Source: Obrimoposthia wandeli (lineage: Eukaryota). Taken from it: a stretch of DNA of 64,000 bases. Where the stretch lies: the NCBI GenBank assembly GCA_977020255.1, contig CDROCS010000772.1, positions 806,001 through 870,000 on the forward strand, given 5' to 3'. The notes beneath the pieces were generated by a model. It ran no database searches, was not told where the DNA came from, and was given only the letters and a program-made list of their open reading frames with translations. A program made the translations under genes and the position numbers. How positions within the stretch are numbered: position 1 is the stretch's first letter; each line of letters starts with the position of its first letter. Positions 11,298-24,300 of the stretch are shown one piece after another.

Positions 11298-12127
11298 ATG
11301 GATAATGTTTGGTGTGAACTACCATTTTTTGATAATTTCCTTTTAAAATTTTGGACTGACGAAGCCTTTGAGCAGTTTACTAACTTACTACGGATCAATG
11401 AGTTGGAGATTATTAATGCTCTCTATCCAACAAAATCATATGCAGAGTGTTGTGAGGCTCGCATTTTGGATAAAATACTAACACATATGAGAATGTCAAA
11501 TAAATGCGAAAATTTTAAGTTTTGTCAGGTAATTCCCATATGTTTAGCTTTGTATTAGGTATAAAACCATTAAAAAACCATTAATTGTATATTGTGTTAA
11601 TTTTTTGAGGAAACTTGAATTCAAATATCAGATATTATTGAAAACATCGGAATGTACTTGAAATTTAGATTTTAAACCTCTGTCGATGGAGCAAACAATA
11701 CAACTAATTGGAATTGTTTGTTTTCGATTAATACTTTGACTATTTTTATAAATAAATGGTTCTGGATTATAATTCCATGACAGCTGCTGCTTCGGATTAT
11801 CGCTTTAAAACCTTCTATTTTTGTATTCAGAATGTGCTCAAACACTCTCAAACCCAGTCTTGCTACACTGCAGCCAGTGTGCGGCAGCGGCTCATCGACT
11901 TTCCCAATGTGAGGGGTATGTTACAAGATGCCCAGTTCCAACGACAGGCCATGTCAAATCATTCAGAGTCAATGTTGAAACGCCAGAGACTAGGAGTATT
12001 GCTTTACCACATCTCACCAGAAGAAAGCCAGAATCAGGAGTCAACAAGTTCCTCAGACGCAGATGCTGGTCTATCGAATCACGTAATACAGGTCGGTGAT
12101 TGTGAGCAAATTAAACGTCTTCACTGA
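11298..12127 (+). CDS. Putative spliced gene, unknown product; exons 11298-11528 and 11831-12127
   Basis: CAG|GTAAT donor at 11529 and TATTCAG|AAT acceptor at 11830 join two track ORFs in frame (…NFKFCQ|NVLKHSQ…). Confidence 0.5.
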
Positions 12128-13361
12128 ACTTATGACAGTAAAATTAGAATACGATTTTTAGTTGATTATGCCGAGAACATCAAACCTCAATGGGTGAATT
12201 ATCAGTATAAATAGGCCGAATAGGTCTCAAACAGGGTCTTAGGCAGATTAACTCCCCCATAAAATAATTGAGTATTTCCTTAGATATATTAGGTTGACGT
12301 TAAAAATATTTTTAGAAATACAACATTTTTGATAATTATGAATATTAACAATTTACGTGGTCGTTTTTGTCATTTAAAAAATATTCGTTCTTTATTTTTT
12401 GTATAGTATTTAAGTTTTTTATGCAAAATTTAAAAACTAATTTTTGTGTGTAGATTTTTTTTTCAAAAATCTTTCAACTAACTTCTGGTTATATTCTCTT
12501 TTAGGAAAATCTTTTTAAATTAAAAACTTCATGGATGAAATCAAGACAATTGAATATATTTGAAAATAAAACTGAGGATATATTATTTGAATGTAAGAAT
12601 AATATAAACCGCACCAAAGTTAAAGAATCTCCATTGGTCCTACTTGTTATCAAAAATGTATTCTCTCTCTAAAGCCTGTAGATGATATTCTCCGGCCTGA
12701 TGCTGTGAACATCTTAAGAACAGCGATGGAATTCTCAAATAGCAAAATAAGTTAAAGAACATTTGAAATTTGTGCTCCAATTCCGTACAACAATTCACCA
12801 ATGAATTTAAGAAACTGTAACAATGTTGAAAAAATCAAGAAGCAACTGAAGACTTTACTATTCTGAAAATATTACGAAGAATAATGGAAAACATAAGTCG
12901 CTTTTGACTAATAAATCAGAGATTTTATTGTTTTGGAAACTATCTAAGTCTGTATTTTCACTTTTCGAAAGTAGGTTAGAAATTCCAATTTCTCTGAATA
13001 ATACTGATATGAAAATAATCCTTGTAAAGCCCTTACATCAACTTTAAGGAGATAAATATAAACCTCTATATATTGGTTTACTGAACATTTTCGAATTGAA
13101 TGAATTATATTTTCTTTGAATAGGTAGGTTCAAAATAGATAATCTATCTTCTAACTCCTTCTCACAAGTCTTAAGAATTCATACACTCAAATACAATGAA
13201 GATATCATCCACATATTTTGAAAAACGTGATTTGTTTCTAGTAAAATATTTATTTCCCAATTAGGCAAAAACAATTAAGTTAATATCGGTGCAAGTGGTG
13301 AGCGAATTTTCAAACAAGAACGAGTTTAATTAATTAACCGGACAAATAACCGTAATAATAA

Positions 13362-13633
13362 TGTCGGTGTGTGGCAATTTATTGCACCGTACCGCACCGA
13401 TTGAAGATTGTCAATTGTTGCTGAGCTTGAGGCTTCTGTAGTAAAGAATTGTTGGTTTGGAATTGCACCGTACAGATTGTTGATTGTTGCAGAGCTTGAT
13501 AATTGATTTGAGTTTGTTTTGAAATGTTGGCGACGCTAATTAAATTAACGATTTTGAATTTGATTAATTTTACAAATTTAATAAATTGATTTTTAATAAT
13601 TAACCAAATTATTAACTATTTTATATCACAACA
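13362..13633 (-). mobile_element. Candidate 3' LTR of the minus-strand Gypsy remnant
   Basis: TG...CA ends; preceded on the minus strand by PPT-like TAGGGGAAAGTTAAA, resembling TAGGTGAGAAGTTA before TGCTGTG at about 31,200. Confidence 0.35.
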
Positions 13634-13849
13634 TTTAACTTTCCCCTAAGTTACAGAGTAACAGAGAAAGAGTGAAACGAGAGAATGAAAGAAATAATGA
13701 AACAGATTAACAAGTGAGGTATCGGACATGTACAAGAAATTAAATAAAGTGGTTGTTTGGGTTGAATGAGATACGAGGTTATATAGTGATTATCCTGGTC
13801 CACGCTGATGAGTGGTGCTGTGTAGTTTTTATAGTGGTTATCTGCGTCC

Positions 13850-14960
13850 ACAACAATGTAGTTTTTGGCAGGTTGTAAGGTGTTTTGATGTTGAGACTTT
13901 AGTTGTTGATTGTTTCAGTGTTGCTCCTATTGCTGTGTTTGATGCGTCTGTGGTTAAGGTGATTTTTGTGTCGGTAAATGGATATGTTAGGGTTGTGGCG
14001 TTGAGAAGTGCGTATTTTGCGTTATCAAAATGTTACATTTGTTGTGGATCTAATTTGATTTTCGCTGTTTTATGTTTATCCTTGATCATATTGTTTAATG
14101 GAGCTAGGATGTGAGCGCAATTTTTGATATGTTCATGATGTTTAATGTTGTTTGGAGGTGGAAATTCCTTTATCATTTTCATTTTGTTCTCATTGAGTTT
14201 ATGCCATGTTTAGTCAGAGTGAATCCTAACATTTTTTTGTAGTATACACATTTTTCTTTGTTTGGTGTGAGGTTGTTGTCGATTATAACTTTTATGGTAT
14301 TGTTTATGTCTGTTTCGTGTTCTGTTTTGTTTTTGGTCGCTTTGTGTTTCGGAAGATGTTGTCCATAAATCTTTGGAAAGTGGCGGTGGAGTTTATTAAG
14401 CCAAATGGCATTTTGGTGTATTCAAACAGACCGAATGGTGTTATTATGGCGGAGTTTTGGATGTCTGCTGTATCTACTGGAATACGCTTTTTAAATCTAA
14501 TTTTGAAAATATTGTGGCTCCTATTCTACGTTGATGGGTAGGAGTCTGGTGTAGTTGATGCGTTAAGGCGGTAGTCGCCACAACAGCGCCATTCGCCTGA
14601 TGATTTCTTTTTCATGGTGAATCTGATGGTCTGATGGTATTGTCATTTATGAGGTTATTGAAAGTGTCTTTTGTATCTGCCAACTTATCTGGTGGTAAAG
14701 GTCGAACTCTTGTATGGCATGGATATCCCGTAGTTCTTATTTTGTGTGTAGTTGTGTTTGTCTTTCTTTGTGGTGTGGAAGTTGTGGGTGTTGTTGGGTC
14801 TTGAATTTGTAAATTATGTATGGGTTTATTTTTGTAAGTGTTTTCGGTTGTTGAAGTGTTTGTGGGTGTAATTTTGTAATTATGTGGTCTAAATTGTGTT
14901 GGTTTGCAAAGATTGGTAGTATGTAATGTATGTCGTGGTTTTATTGTGGCAATCAATTAG
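13850..14960 (-). pseudogene. Ty3/Gypsy pol remnant (RT and start of RNase H)
   Basis: HKIRTTGYPCHTRVRPLPPDKL...IRPSDSP, GEWRCCGDYR, TPFGLFEYTKMPFGLINSTATFQRFMD and ITLTTDASNTAIGATL, with stops, frameshifts and deletions. Confidence 0.9.
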
Positions 14961-15032
14961 TAAGTGTAAGTTTCCTAAAAATTCTGATCCTAGTATGGTT
15001 TGGTTGATGTCTGAAATTATGAAGTTCCAGTG

Positions 15033-15044
15033 GTTCGGGCGCCA
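15033..15044 (-). promoter_or_regulatory. Primer-binding site (tRNA-Lys-like) of the Gypsy remnant
   Basis: TGGCGCCCGAAC on the minus strand just upstream of the pol remnant; no matching 5' LTR seen. Confidence 0.55.
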
Positions 15045-15294
15045 AAATATTCTAGTTTAAGCTTAGATGGGTAAGTTAAAAGTAAGAATGAAAATATTTT
15101 TTTTTAATTATCTCTTATCTCAACCAACAATTATGTAAACTATTACAATAATTAAAAAATATCTTCTGATTTGGAGTGTCGTTTCTTATACTGGTCAAGT
15201 AGTAATACAATTTATTGATGGTACATTTTATTCAATTAAATATCAAAGTATTTTATAAAATTCATTGCCAGCTATTTTAAATCCAAACAACAAC

Positions 15295-15560
15295 ATTTCT
15301 ACCAAGGTAATGCTTCCCCACATACTGCCAAAGCCACGAAGGAATGGCTTAGTCGATAACAATCACTGTATTTAAGTGCCTTGATCAGAACGTAATGGAA
15401 AATATCTGGGGAATGCTGGTTGTAGATATTTTTTATGATGAAACTATTTCTGAGGATATTCAGAATCTCCTTAAAAATTGTATGAAAGCTTTACGAGTAG
15501 ACGTTTTACTGTTTATAGCTTAATAGAGCATTCCATGAAAATTATTAGTAAATATGTCTG
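15295..15560 (+). pseudogene. Tc1/mariner transposase remnant
   Basis: FYQGNASPHTAKATKEWL (QDNA.PHTA motif) followed by NVMENIWGML (DLNPIEN.W motif). Confidence 0.7.
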
Positions 15561-15828
15561 ATTTTAGTTTGTTTTTTGGTAAATTTTACACTTTTCTATA
15601 AAGTTCTGAGACACTTAGGAACAAAAATGTTTTTATTTATTTTGAACCTATGTTGAACAAATTTCTTACATTGTTTTAATCTAATTAAACAAAATTTTAT
15701 TTAAATATATTTAAGGGTTAATGAAATTCATTGTTATAATTGAGTAAAATCGCAATATCTAAATTCTGTAGTGTTCTGGGACAGGTTATATATATATTAG
15801 AAAATGATTTCAAACGTTCTTCTTGCAG

Positions 15829-16044
15829 TCGCTCCATGCCTTCTTCTATCTGTACACTGTGCCAAACCAAGAATCTCTTATGCTGACTGGAGTGTCGCGT
15901 TATGAGCGATTCGTACAAAAGCAGATTATGCGCAACACAGACGTCATTGTCATCCTCGTGAATTTGGCCATGAAGCGTCGTTGGCAGAAATCTGACGACT
16001 GTCTGACCAATGCCATGCTGCGTACACTCGGTTGGGCTCTCCAG
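15829..16044 (+). CDS. Candidate internal exon (216 nt, phase 0/0), unknown product
   Basis: TTCTTGCAG| acceptor, CAG|GTATCG donor, open frame SLHAFFYLYTVP...TLGWALQ. Confidence 0.4.
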
Positions 16045-19000
16045 GTATCGTCTGACTTTGGACACAAATTCCCGGAAACTTTCAAATTGCTATTATTTAA
16101 GAAACAGGATAAGTAGCTTTACAACTTCCAATGACTATAACTCAATATACTTATGTTATTGAACCAAAATTCACAGTATATAAAGAGAACATGTAAATAT
16201 TATCAATGTTCAAATTGATTTCCTTCAGCATTAAATTAATGCATTGGATAATGCGAATACTTAAAGAATTACACACGCGGTTGCACTTTTCATTAGACAT
16301 CATTTTAAAAGGACTTGTAATTCCTGTTTTAATTGACCGAGAGATTGCATTTTGTGTTTGTAAAGTCCATGGTTGATGCTAACGCAAAAATCCATTGGAG
16401 TTAGGTCATGTGATATTGCTGGACCTCTCCGTCCAAGCCAGTGGCCTTCAAAATGATTCTATACCATCCTACATGAAGCATAAGTGTTGATAATCTTCAT
16501 GTAAGTTGAATAAAGTGAGAAACCAGTTACATCACTTTAACCATTCACATTTTCATCAAAGAAATATAGCCCTATTAACCCACCACTGTAAGTGGCTCTC
16601 CAAATCCAAACACTAGGAGAGATCATTTATTTTGTTGAGATTATGTTTGGATTGTTTTTACACCAGTAGACACTGTTGTGGTGACTTACTGAACCATTTC
16701 ATGGAACTGCCTTATCACTCCACAAAATTCGATCCAATAGGCTCTGATTTTCATCTGGCAATTCCAGTTTTTGCGCTTATTTTCAGACTTTAATCTAAGT
16801 TTTGTGAGTTCGTTGTTTACAGTTTCAATTGATGTTTCCGTTGCATGACATGAGATGTTTGGAGGTATGCATCCAAAACGGTCTTGATGGTTTGGTTTAG
16901 GTGACTCCCAATCGAGCAGCATCTACTGCACTACCAGTAGACTTAAATTTGTTAAAGATCGCATTTATTGTTGAACATCTTTGCGGAGCAGTTTTAATCT
17001 ATTTCTTCTCGTGAATTACACTTAAACTTGAATCCTTTAACCGTAATTCTTGTATTGTTTAACGCTTTCCAACAGAAAGCCTTTGTATTATCTTTGATAA
17101 AATAGAGCAAAAATGTCGGTCAAAGTGATGCAGTAAAACAAAATAATGATTTTTTATTAAAATTTAAAGTTTTAAGTTACTTATTGAATGCCCTGTATAT
17201 ATATTAAAACAAAAGTAACTACATGCATATATGTTTTATGTATACATAGTTTCTTGTTTGTTTTTCAACACGTTCCTTCTAATGCATCGAAGCCATTTTT
17301 GAAGAATTCATTGGCTTATTTACCACAAATTGCATAACGTTTTCTTTCATTTCAAGTTGTTTTTTGTAATTAATCAAAAATAACAGGGGTCAGCCCTAGG
17401 TTGTGTCGAGGGTGTTGCAATCTCGCCAATCCACGTGACTCTATTGTGGATATTGTCAGTTTCTGCTACAGCCATGAAATCCATTATATGGGAACCTGTT
17501 AAATAGCTTACAAATACCTAAACCTGTAACTAGTTTTGCACTCTGTTAGATGATTTTCACGATGTTTATTTTATCATCACAAATTACTTAGGCATTTTTG
17601 TCTTATAATATTTGTTTTCTTGAATATTTTGCACAAATTTGAATTATTTAATAAATTTTTAAAATAGAAGTAAAATGTCTGATACTGAGATTATATGGCC
17701 AGTAGTTTTCTGAATTTTCATTGAACATCTGTTTATTTTGTGACATTTTTATTCAAATACTTTTTCAGATGTTCAATTGGACTTTAAATTATTTTTAAAA
17801 ATAGTAAATAAATAATAAAATTATATTTTTGTTCATAAGGTGTAAAGGTAATCAAGATCTCTAGTAATATTAATTGTTATATCAGATACTAGTCTTCTAA
17901 AAATGGAACATTTCAGGAATTGTATATTACAGGATTATGACATATCTGTAGTTTTAACTAGACTTTTTTGTCATCGTATTTTAGTTATTAATGCATTTAA
18001 ACAACCATCACACATTTAAACAATAATTAGAATATAAATATATTTACAGCGTAAATTTCTGATAATTTCTGCTTCGTAATATTTTCTAAATAGTGAAGTT
18101 TTCAGCTGCTATGGGATTTTTGTTTTAAATATTTAAAGCATAAATTTAAAATATTCCCTCACTCTATTTGCTATTTGAGAATTTCTTGACCAATCTGCAG
18201 TCATCACCATTGTTCCTAAGATGCATATACATGCTCACTGTGTCAGGCTCGAGAAGATCATATAAATATGTGGGCTCTTTGTGAGAGTATATATGTATTT
18301 TGATCATATGTAGATTCTTGAATTCAATTCAAAGAATTTGTCTGTAATACTATAAAAGCTTTATATTTATTCTAAATTGTGCAAGAATTAATAAGATTTT
18401 GCGGATGATAAGTCACAAAACTTCTATTCTATTTTTTTTTCAAATTTGACGCCGCAATGTAAATAATATGAGATTACTAATATATGATGAAGGATGTCGA
18501 AATTGAAGATATGTGTATTTAAGTGTTCAGTTTCTAAAAATAGACCACTGGATGCAATGATTCGATATTATTTGCTTAGACAAATTCAATAAATTTTAAT
18601 ATTAAGATTATGATCTATGCTAATTGATTTTAAAACTTTTGATGGAGGGTTCTTTCTGAAATAAAATGTTTTTTAAACACAGATTAAAGTCAATTTCCAA
18701 CCAAAATATTTATTGGACATATTAATTTTGGTCGCTGATCAGAGAAATCAAAGTAAATAGTATAAGGGTGTCACTTTAATCATATGCAAACACATTTAAA
18801 AGTATTTTATTTTCCCACCAGAGATTTAATCATTAAATGAATTTAAAAGTAAAACTATATTGTTCATCTGTATTTGTGTTATTTGATATATATAAATAGA
18901 TTAAGATAAAATATTCAACAGAAAACATAATTTTTTAGTATTAATTGTGGCTCTCAAATTATCTTTGAGAAAGCTAACTTTATGCGAAGTTGGAGCTTTC

Positions 19001-19919
19001 AATGCTAAACATCGTCAAACAGTATATTTACTATCTAGAACATTCATTATTGTTTATATCTTTCTAACAGATGAATTATTTATTTTTGCATCTTTTACAA
19101 TACGGGTTTTTAAATTTTTTTTATTCTTTACGCCCACAAATTTCCCGATCTTTTCCATAATTATAAATTTTGATATTATATTTAGGGGGTTTCCTTCTCC
19201 ATAGTTTATCAAATCCAACATTCTTCTTTCAAAAATACGTTTATTATAAAAAAAATTTAAATCATATTTTCTCTCTTAATATCATCAATTTTTGGGACAA
19301 TTTGAACTCCGAAATATATTAATTTCAATAATACATCGACTTAGGCAAAACTTCAACGAAAGATATTTCAAAATTTAGTAAAGCTTTTCATTTCAAATTA
19401 TTTGATTTTTTATCAATATTACAAAATACAATTACCATTGATAGACACATTTCATAAATTTACAGAGAAATGACTGGTCGCTTTTGGTTATTTGATTAAT
19501 TGAAACGTCGCTTAAACTTAAAGTAGGTCCTCAATTAAGTTATCAGAATGATGTCTGTAAATATAGTAATGAGACATACCTTAATAAAGTCTACTGGTAG
19601 GGAAAAACATAATTTTACTTTTGTTAAATCGTTATTTTTGCCTTCAGTTGCGACCAAAAGATTTTGCTAAGATAATATAGAAAGTAAATTTGATTATAGC
19701 AAATAAAAATAATAAAAAGTCTAAGTGATATATAAAGTTTTTAAGGATTTTATAAAATGTTCAAATAACGCATTTAGTTTTATTTTTCTAGTTTTTGTTT
19801 GAATCAAAAGAAAGTATCCACATTTTATGTGTATACTTTGTGAAGAAAGGAAATAAAAAATTGGCAAAAATATTTTTAAAAACATCGAATATCTGTATTA
19901 ATATTTTACATCAATTTTG

Positions 19920-20330
19920 TTGTTTAATTAATGCATTTCATCTTCTGGGAATTAGTTTGTAAAGATCTTTAGTCGCCCTTTGAGGAATCTTCTCCCATTA
20001 TTTAACAAAGATCAATAATTCATTTTCGTTTCAAGAAAATCCTTTACGGATATTATTCTTCAAAAGGGACTAAACATTTTCGATAATATTAATATTGTGA
20101 AGGCCAATTACATACAGAATGTATACCGCTGTTTTCTTTATGCTTATTATTTTGGCTGCTCTGTGAGCCGTAGCTCCAACTTGAATAAATTTCATGTTTT
20201 CATTTAATAGCATTGGCTTAACTTTATATAAAATTTCTATATAAGCACTGCTGTTCACTTTTGGTGCACATTTAATCAACGAGCAATTTCTACTATAATT
20301 TCTACATCCCCGAACCATTATTTTCACTGT
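19920..20330 (-). pseudogene. Tc1-like transposase remnant
   Basis: IMVRGC (VMVWGC), KVNSSAYIEIL, FIQVGATAHRA (QDGA..H), NIIENV, then WEKIPQ...LYKLIPRR. Confidence 0.8.
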
Positions 20331-20756
20331 GTTTTGTCACATTTCTATTTGAAAATCGATTACACTTTAATCTTCCAACTAATTGGCGCCAAAAAAGTTA
20401 TATTATTTTATCTTAATTTATCTTATTTCTTGCCACAGACCAAAATATCTCGGCGAAACTATTGAAATTAGAATTGGAATCATTACAGTTTTATGAATAT
20501 ATTAAAATAGCCTAAAATCTCGGTATTTATTAAATAATCTTTAGCAAATGTTCACAAAACCTTCCTCTAACAACGAAACCGGTCACAAAAATCGACAAAT
20601 ATCGGAGAATGTTTTTAGAGAGAATGTAATGGTTTTTATCATTTTTAGATGATTTTATTTACTTTCATATTTAACATTTAAAAGTCTCAAATTCTATTAT
20701 TCTACACAAAACTTTAATGTGGGATTAACTCATGCTAAAAATGTCCCATTTACCAG

Positions 20757-21336
20757 CCTCACATCCCTGTTACCACCAGCAAAATACACTGCTCGCCTCA
20801 GGAGCTTGGCTTGGCTACCCCAGTACATTAATTGCCCGAGTGACTTAAAACTAGTTAATTAATAATTATTAAGCTTCTCGTTGCTGTATTAAATTGCTAC
20901 TCATTGCCAGGTGCGGATAGTGCTGGTGAGCACCTGTCGAAACACAGACGATATTGTAGAGAGCATATACAAGTCACTGTGTCGTCTGCGCCAGCCATGG
21001 ATGATCAGTAGCCAGAGTATGATGCAGGCACCACACGGTCATCTGGTGACCATGGTGACACGGGCCAGTCGACAGAGCTGTGGTAGGTCTTTCAGTAGAA
21101 TATGGATGAGAGCCATCGACGTTTGCTGTTGCTGTCGACCGCTCAATGACGATCAGCATGATGAAGGCTCCCTAGGCATCGTTGAAGGGGAAACCGCAGT
21201 TAATGTGGCAGCTAATGAAGAGGAACCAACTAATATACCAACCAATGAGAATACAGCTGGAGTTATCCTAGCCATTGGTGATGTAGAGATGCAGCCATTG
21301 GTTGATAATGGTAATCAGACAATCAATGTTGTGTAG
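20757..21336 (+). CDS. Candidate terminal exons (20757-20853, 20911-21336) of an unknown gene
   Basis: AG acceptors at 20756 and 20910; a weak CTA|GTTAAT donor gives an in-frame 57-nt intron; CCCC motif and acidic tail in the last exon. Confidence 0.35.
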
Positions 21337-24300
21337 GTAATCATATGGATATCAAACTAACTAAATGGTTATTATTTAAATGGAAATAATTTGATTGGTA
21401 CTAAAGATTTTACCCTATTATTTTTTTGTGATTTTTAAAATTTATAATCTTATAATTGTTTAACTAATTTATTTAATTCTCTTCAAATATTAATATTTAA
21501 ATTTTAAAAGTTATCATCAAATTAAATATTTGCGAAATTGTCAGCTGTAAATAAAGAATTAATTCAAGCATATTTGTTAAACGATTATGATGTTATTTTT
21601 TAAAATTAAAAATGGATTTTTAAAAATAACTTTACAAACTGTATCCTAAGGCTTTATATGGTTTTAATGGTATTAATTAATAATGTTTACGGGCTCCTAT
21701 ATTTTAAATAATTCATTGTATTCCTGATTATTATATTTCACATGAGAAAAAAGAAAACTGTAATTAATATCTAAAATTGGCACAATTTTTTTTTTATATA
21801 TATATATATGGTTATTACATGAAATTTATCTTTATTAAAACAAAAAGATTGATCGCCTGATTTTGAATTTATAAAAAATTAAAATGTTAAGTTGGTATAT
21901 TCGCATTACTTTTAATTGTAAATAAGCTAAAGTTTTGATATTTAAGTGAATAAAGTGATATTTAAATCCTTATTTATTAAAACTGTATTTAAAAGGGATA
22001 TTTAAATCCTTATTTATTAAAACTGTATTTCGCATTTTTAATATCTTGAATATGGAAAGTAGCCTCAGTGAAATGTGTATAGCAATGCCTTTGTAGAGTG
22101 GTTTTTTTACCTGTTCCATTTCCATTTAAAAAACTGAAATAACTTTGTCCCTTTTGAGACCCCGCATTGTTAGATTAGTATGATTCATTTTCATTTGTTT
22201 CAACATGTCACTTTTTATATCGTTGAATTTCTTCGTTTTTTAGCGTACCAATGACTTTGTTACTAAACATGTTTTTTTTTGTAAAATAACCTAAAAATAT
22301 CTTTAATTTAATCTAAATTTCTCTATAAATACATTTTGGCTATATTTCTGTTTGTATTTTTATATTTTTCCATTGCCTTCTTTTACCTTTAAAACAGTGG
22401 ATACTGGTTTTGAATATTTTATGATTTTTAATAATATGACTTTCTTTTATTGTGTTGTTGATTTTTGTTTACCCAATTCTAGGACAAACATTCGGGATAA
22501 ATAAAATATATTGATAGGTAAATTTAGTTGTCTTATACCTTGAATCCTCAAAATTCAACGGTAAAATAATTTCTGGGCATATTTCTGCGATTGAAATTTT
22601 AAAAAATCTTTAAGAAAAATTTATCCTAAATATCATTTAAAACCTTCCATACATTTAAAAACTTTGCTAAGGACCTCGGGTTCATCTAGTTTCTAGAGAA
22701 AACCGCTTTTCGTCATTCAATATTCTACATTGCTATATACTTGGATCCTTGATTAGTAGATCAGGGGGAATTGAAATTCGTTTACTTTTGTGCATTTTTA
22801 GATTCTTTTGGAGTTTCAAATATGTTGAGGTTTCTAATAAAGAACCTCTGAATGGAGGCCTCCAACGTGAGTTCTATAGAAGCAGGACTTGTAGATGTTT
22901 GTGGCCTACTTAAGGTTATGCTTGCCTGTCTCAATTCTTATCTGAAGGTTTGTTATTTTTAAATTGGAAGGATCTATAACAACGCTGTCTAGTTGTAGGA
23001 AATCTTTTATTACTAAACACACTAAGCTAAACACGTTCTAATTATGTTCTAATAATGACAATACTATTCCTAAGACTTTCACCAAGTCTCTACACAAGTG
23101 GAGATGAACCATCTATCGATTTTATTTTAGGGTTGGTTGGTTACTAGAGACTTTACTCTAAAATGTGACAAGGTTAAAGTAATAGGATTTTGGAGAGCTG
23201 GTTGCTCTAAAATAGGGAATAGGTTTAGAGGGATTGTTGCTCTAAAATTAGGAGTAATTTAGATTGATAGAATATAGAAAATGTACTGAGATAACTTAAT
23301 TTGTTACTCTTCTTTTAAACTGGGATCAGCTCTTATAACTTTGATCGAATATCGAATTAAAAAGGGAATACCTTAATTTTTAAATTTTCTTCACCCTTTT
23401 TTTTTAAATGTCAACTTCTACGAGCATTTAAAATGTCAATTATACAAACAATTAGAATATCAATTTTTATGACCAATGAGAATATCAAATTTTTACAAAT
23501 AATTCCCTTAATTTTCTTCAGACTATTCTTTCGAAATGTCAACTTTTTCAAGCAGTTAAAATATCAATTATACAAACAATTTTAATATCAAATTTTATGA
23601 GCAATGAGGATATCAAATTTTACCAATAACTCATTTAATTTTTCTTCAGGGGTTTCTATATGAAACTGTTTCTAATATAGATCCTCTGAATGGAGGGCCC
23701 CAACGTGAGTTCTATAGAAACAGGACTATTCTTTTAGAATGTCAACTTTTTCGAGCAGTTAAATATCAATAATATCAACAATTTTAACGACACATCGCAC
23801 TCTGCTCTTACCGTCCTTCGCAGAGATTGTTGGACAGTCTCGATCCGGTTGACCGCTGGATATCCTTGCTCCGATTCCGCAGAGACGCCTTGTGTGAAGA
23901 ACTGCCTCGTGTCGTCCTTATCCGATCCAATTGATTATCAGATAGCCTCGATCTGATTTCTTTTTTTTTGAGACGCCTTGTGTGATGAACTGCCTCGATC
24001 TGATTTCAATTGTCAAGAGATTCACCGCTGCTGTACTTCTGTATTGGGTTTTTTGTGAATGCTCGAATTTTATCCACGAGTCTTATATTCTGATTTTCTG
24101 GCTCTCAACTTCTGGTCGCTCAATTTATATATATAAATTTATGTGTGTAATTTCCCTTAGTATAAGTGCTCTTACTTCTAGTAAGAGCAGACAGGGGCAG
24201 CTGTGATTATTGCGATATTCTTCTTTTCTTTAATTTTCCTTCTTCTTCCTCTAATCAATTCTCAATACTTTGCTAACTTCTTTTTGGGGCCTTTTGGTTA

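Noticed and set aside
16330-16520. KDZ/Zisupton-like CxHG and VDNLH motifs
   Set aside because: Too short and interrupted by stops to support a call.
21957-22030. 34-bp direct duplication
   Set aside because: Ordinary local slippage in AT-rich DNA.
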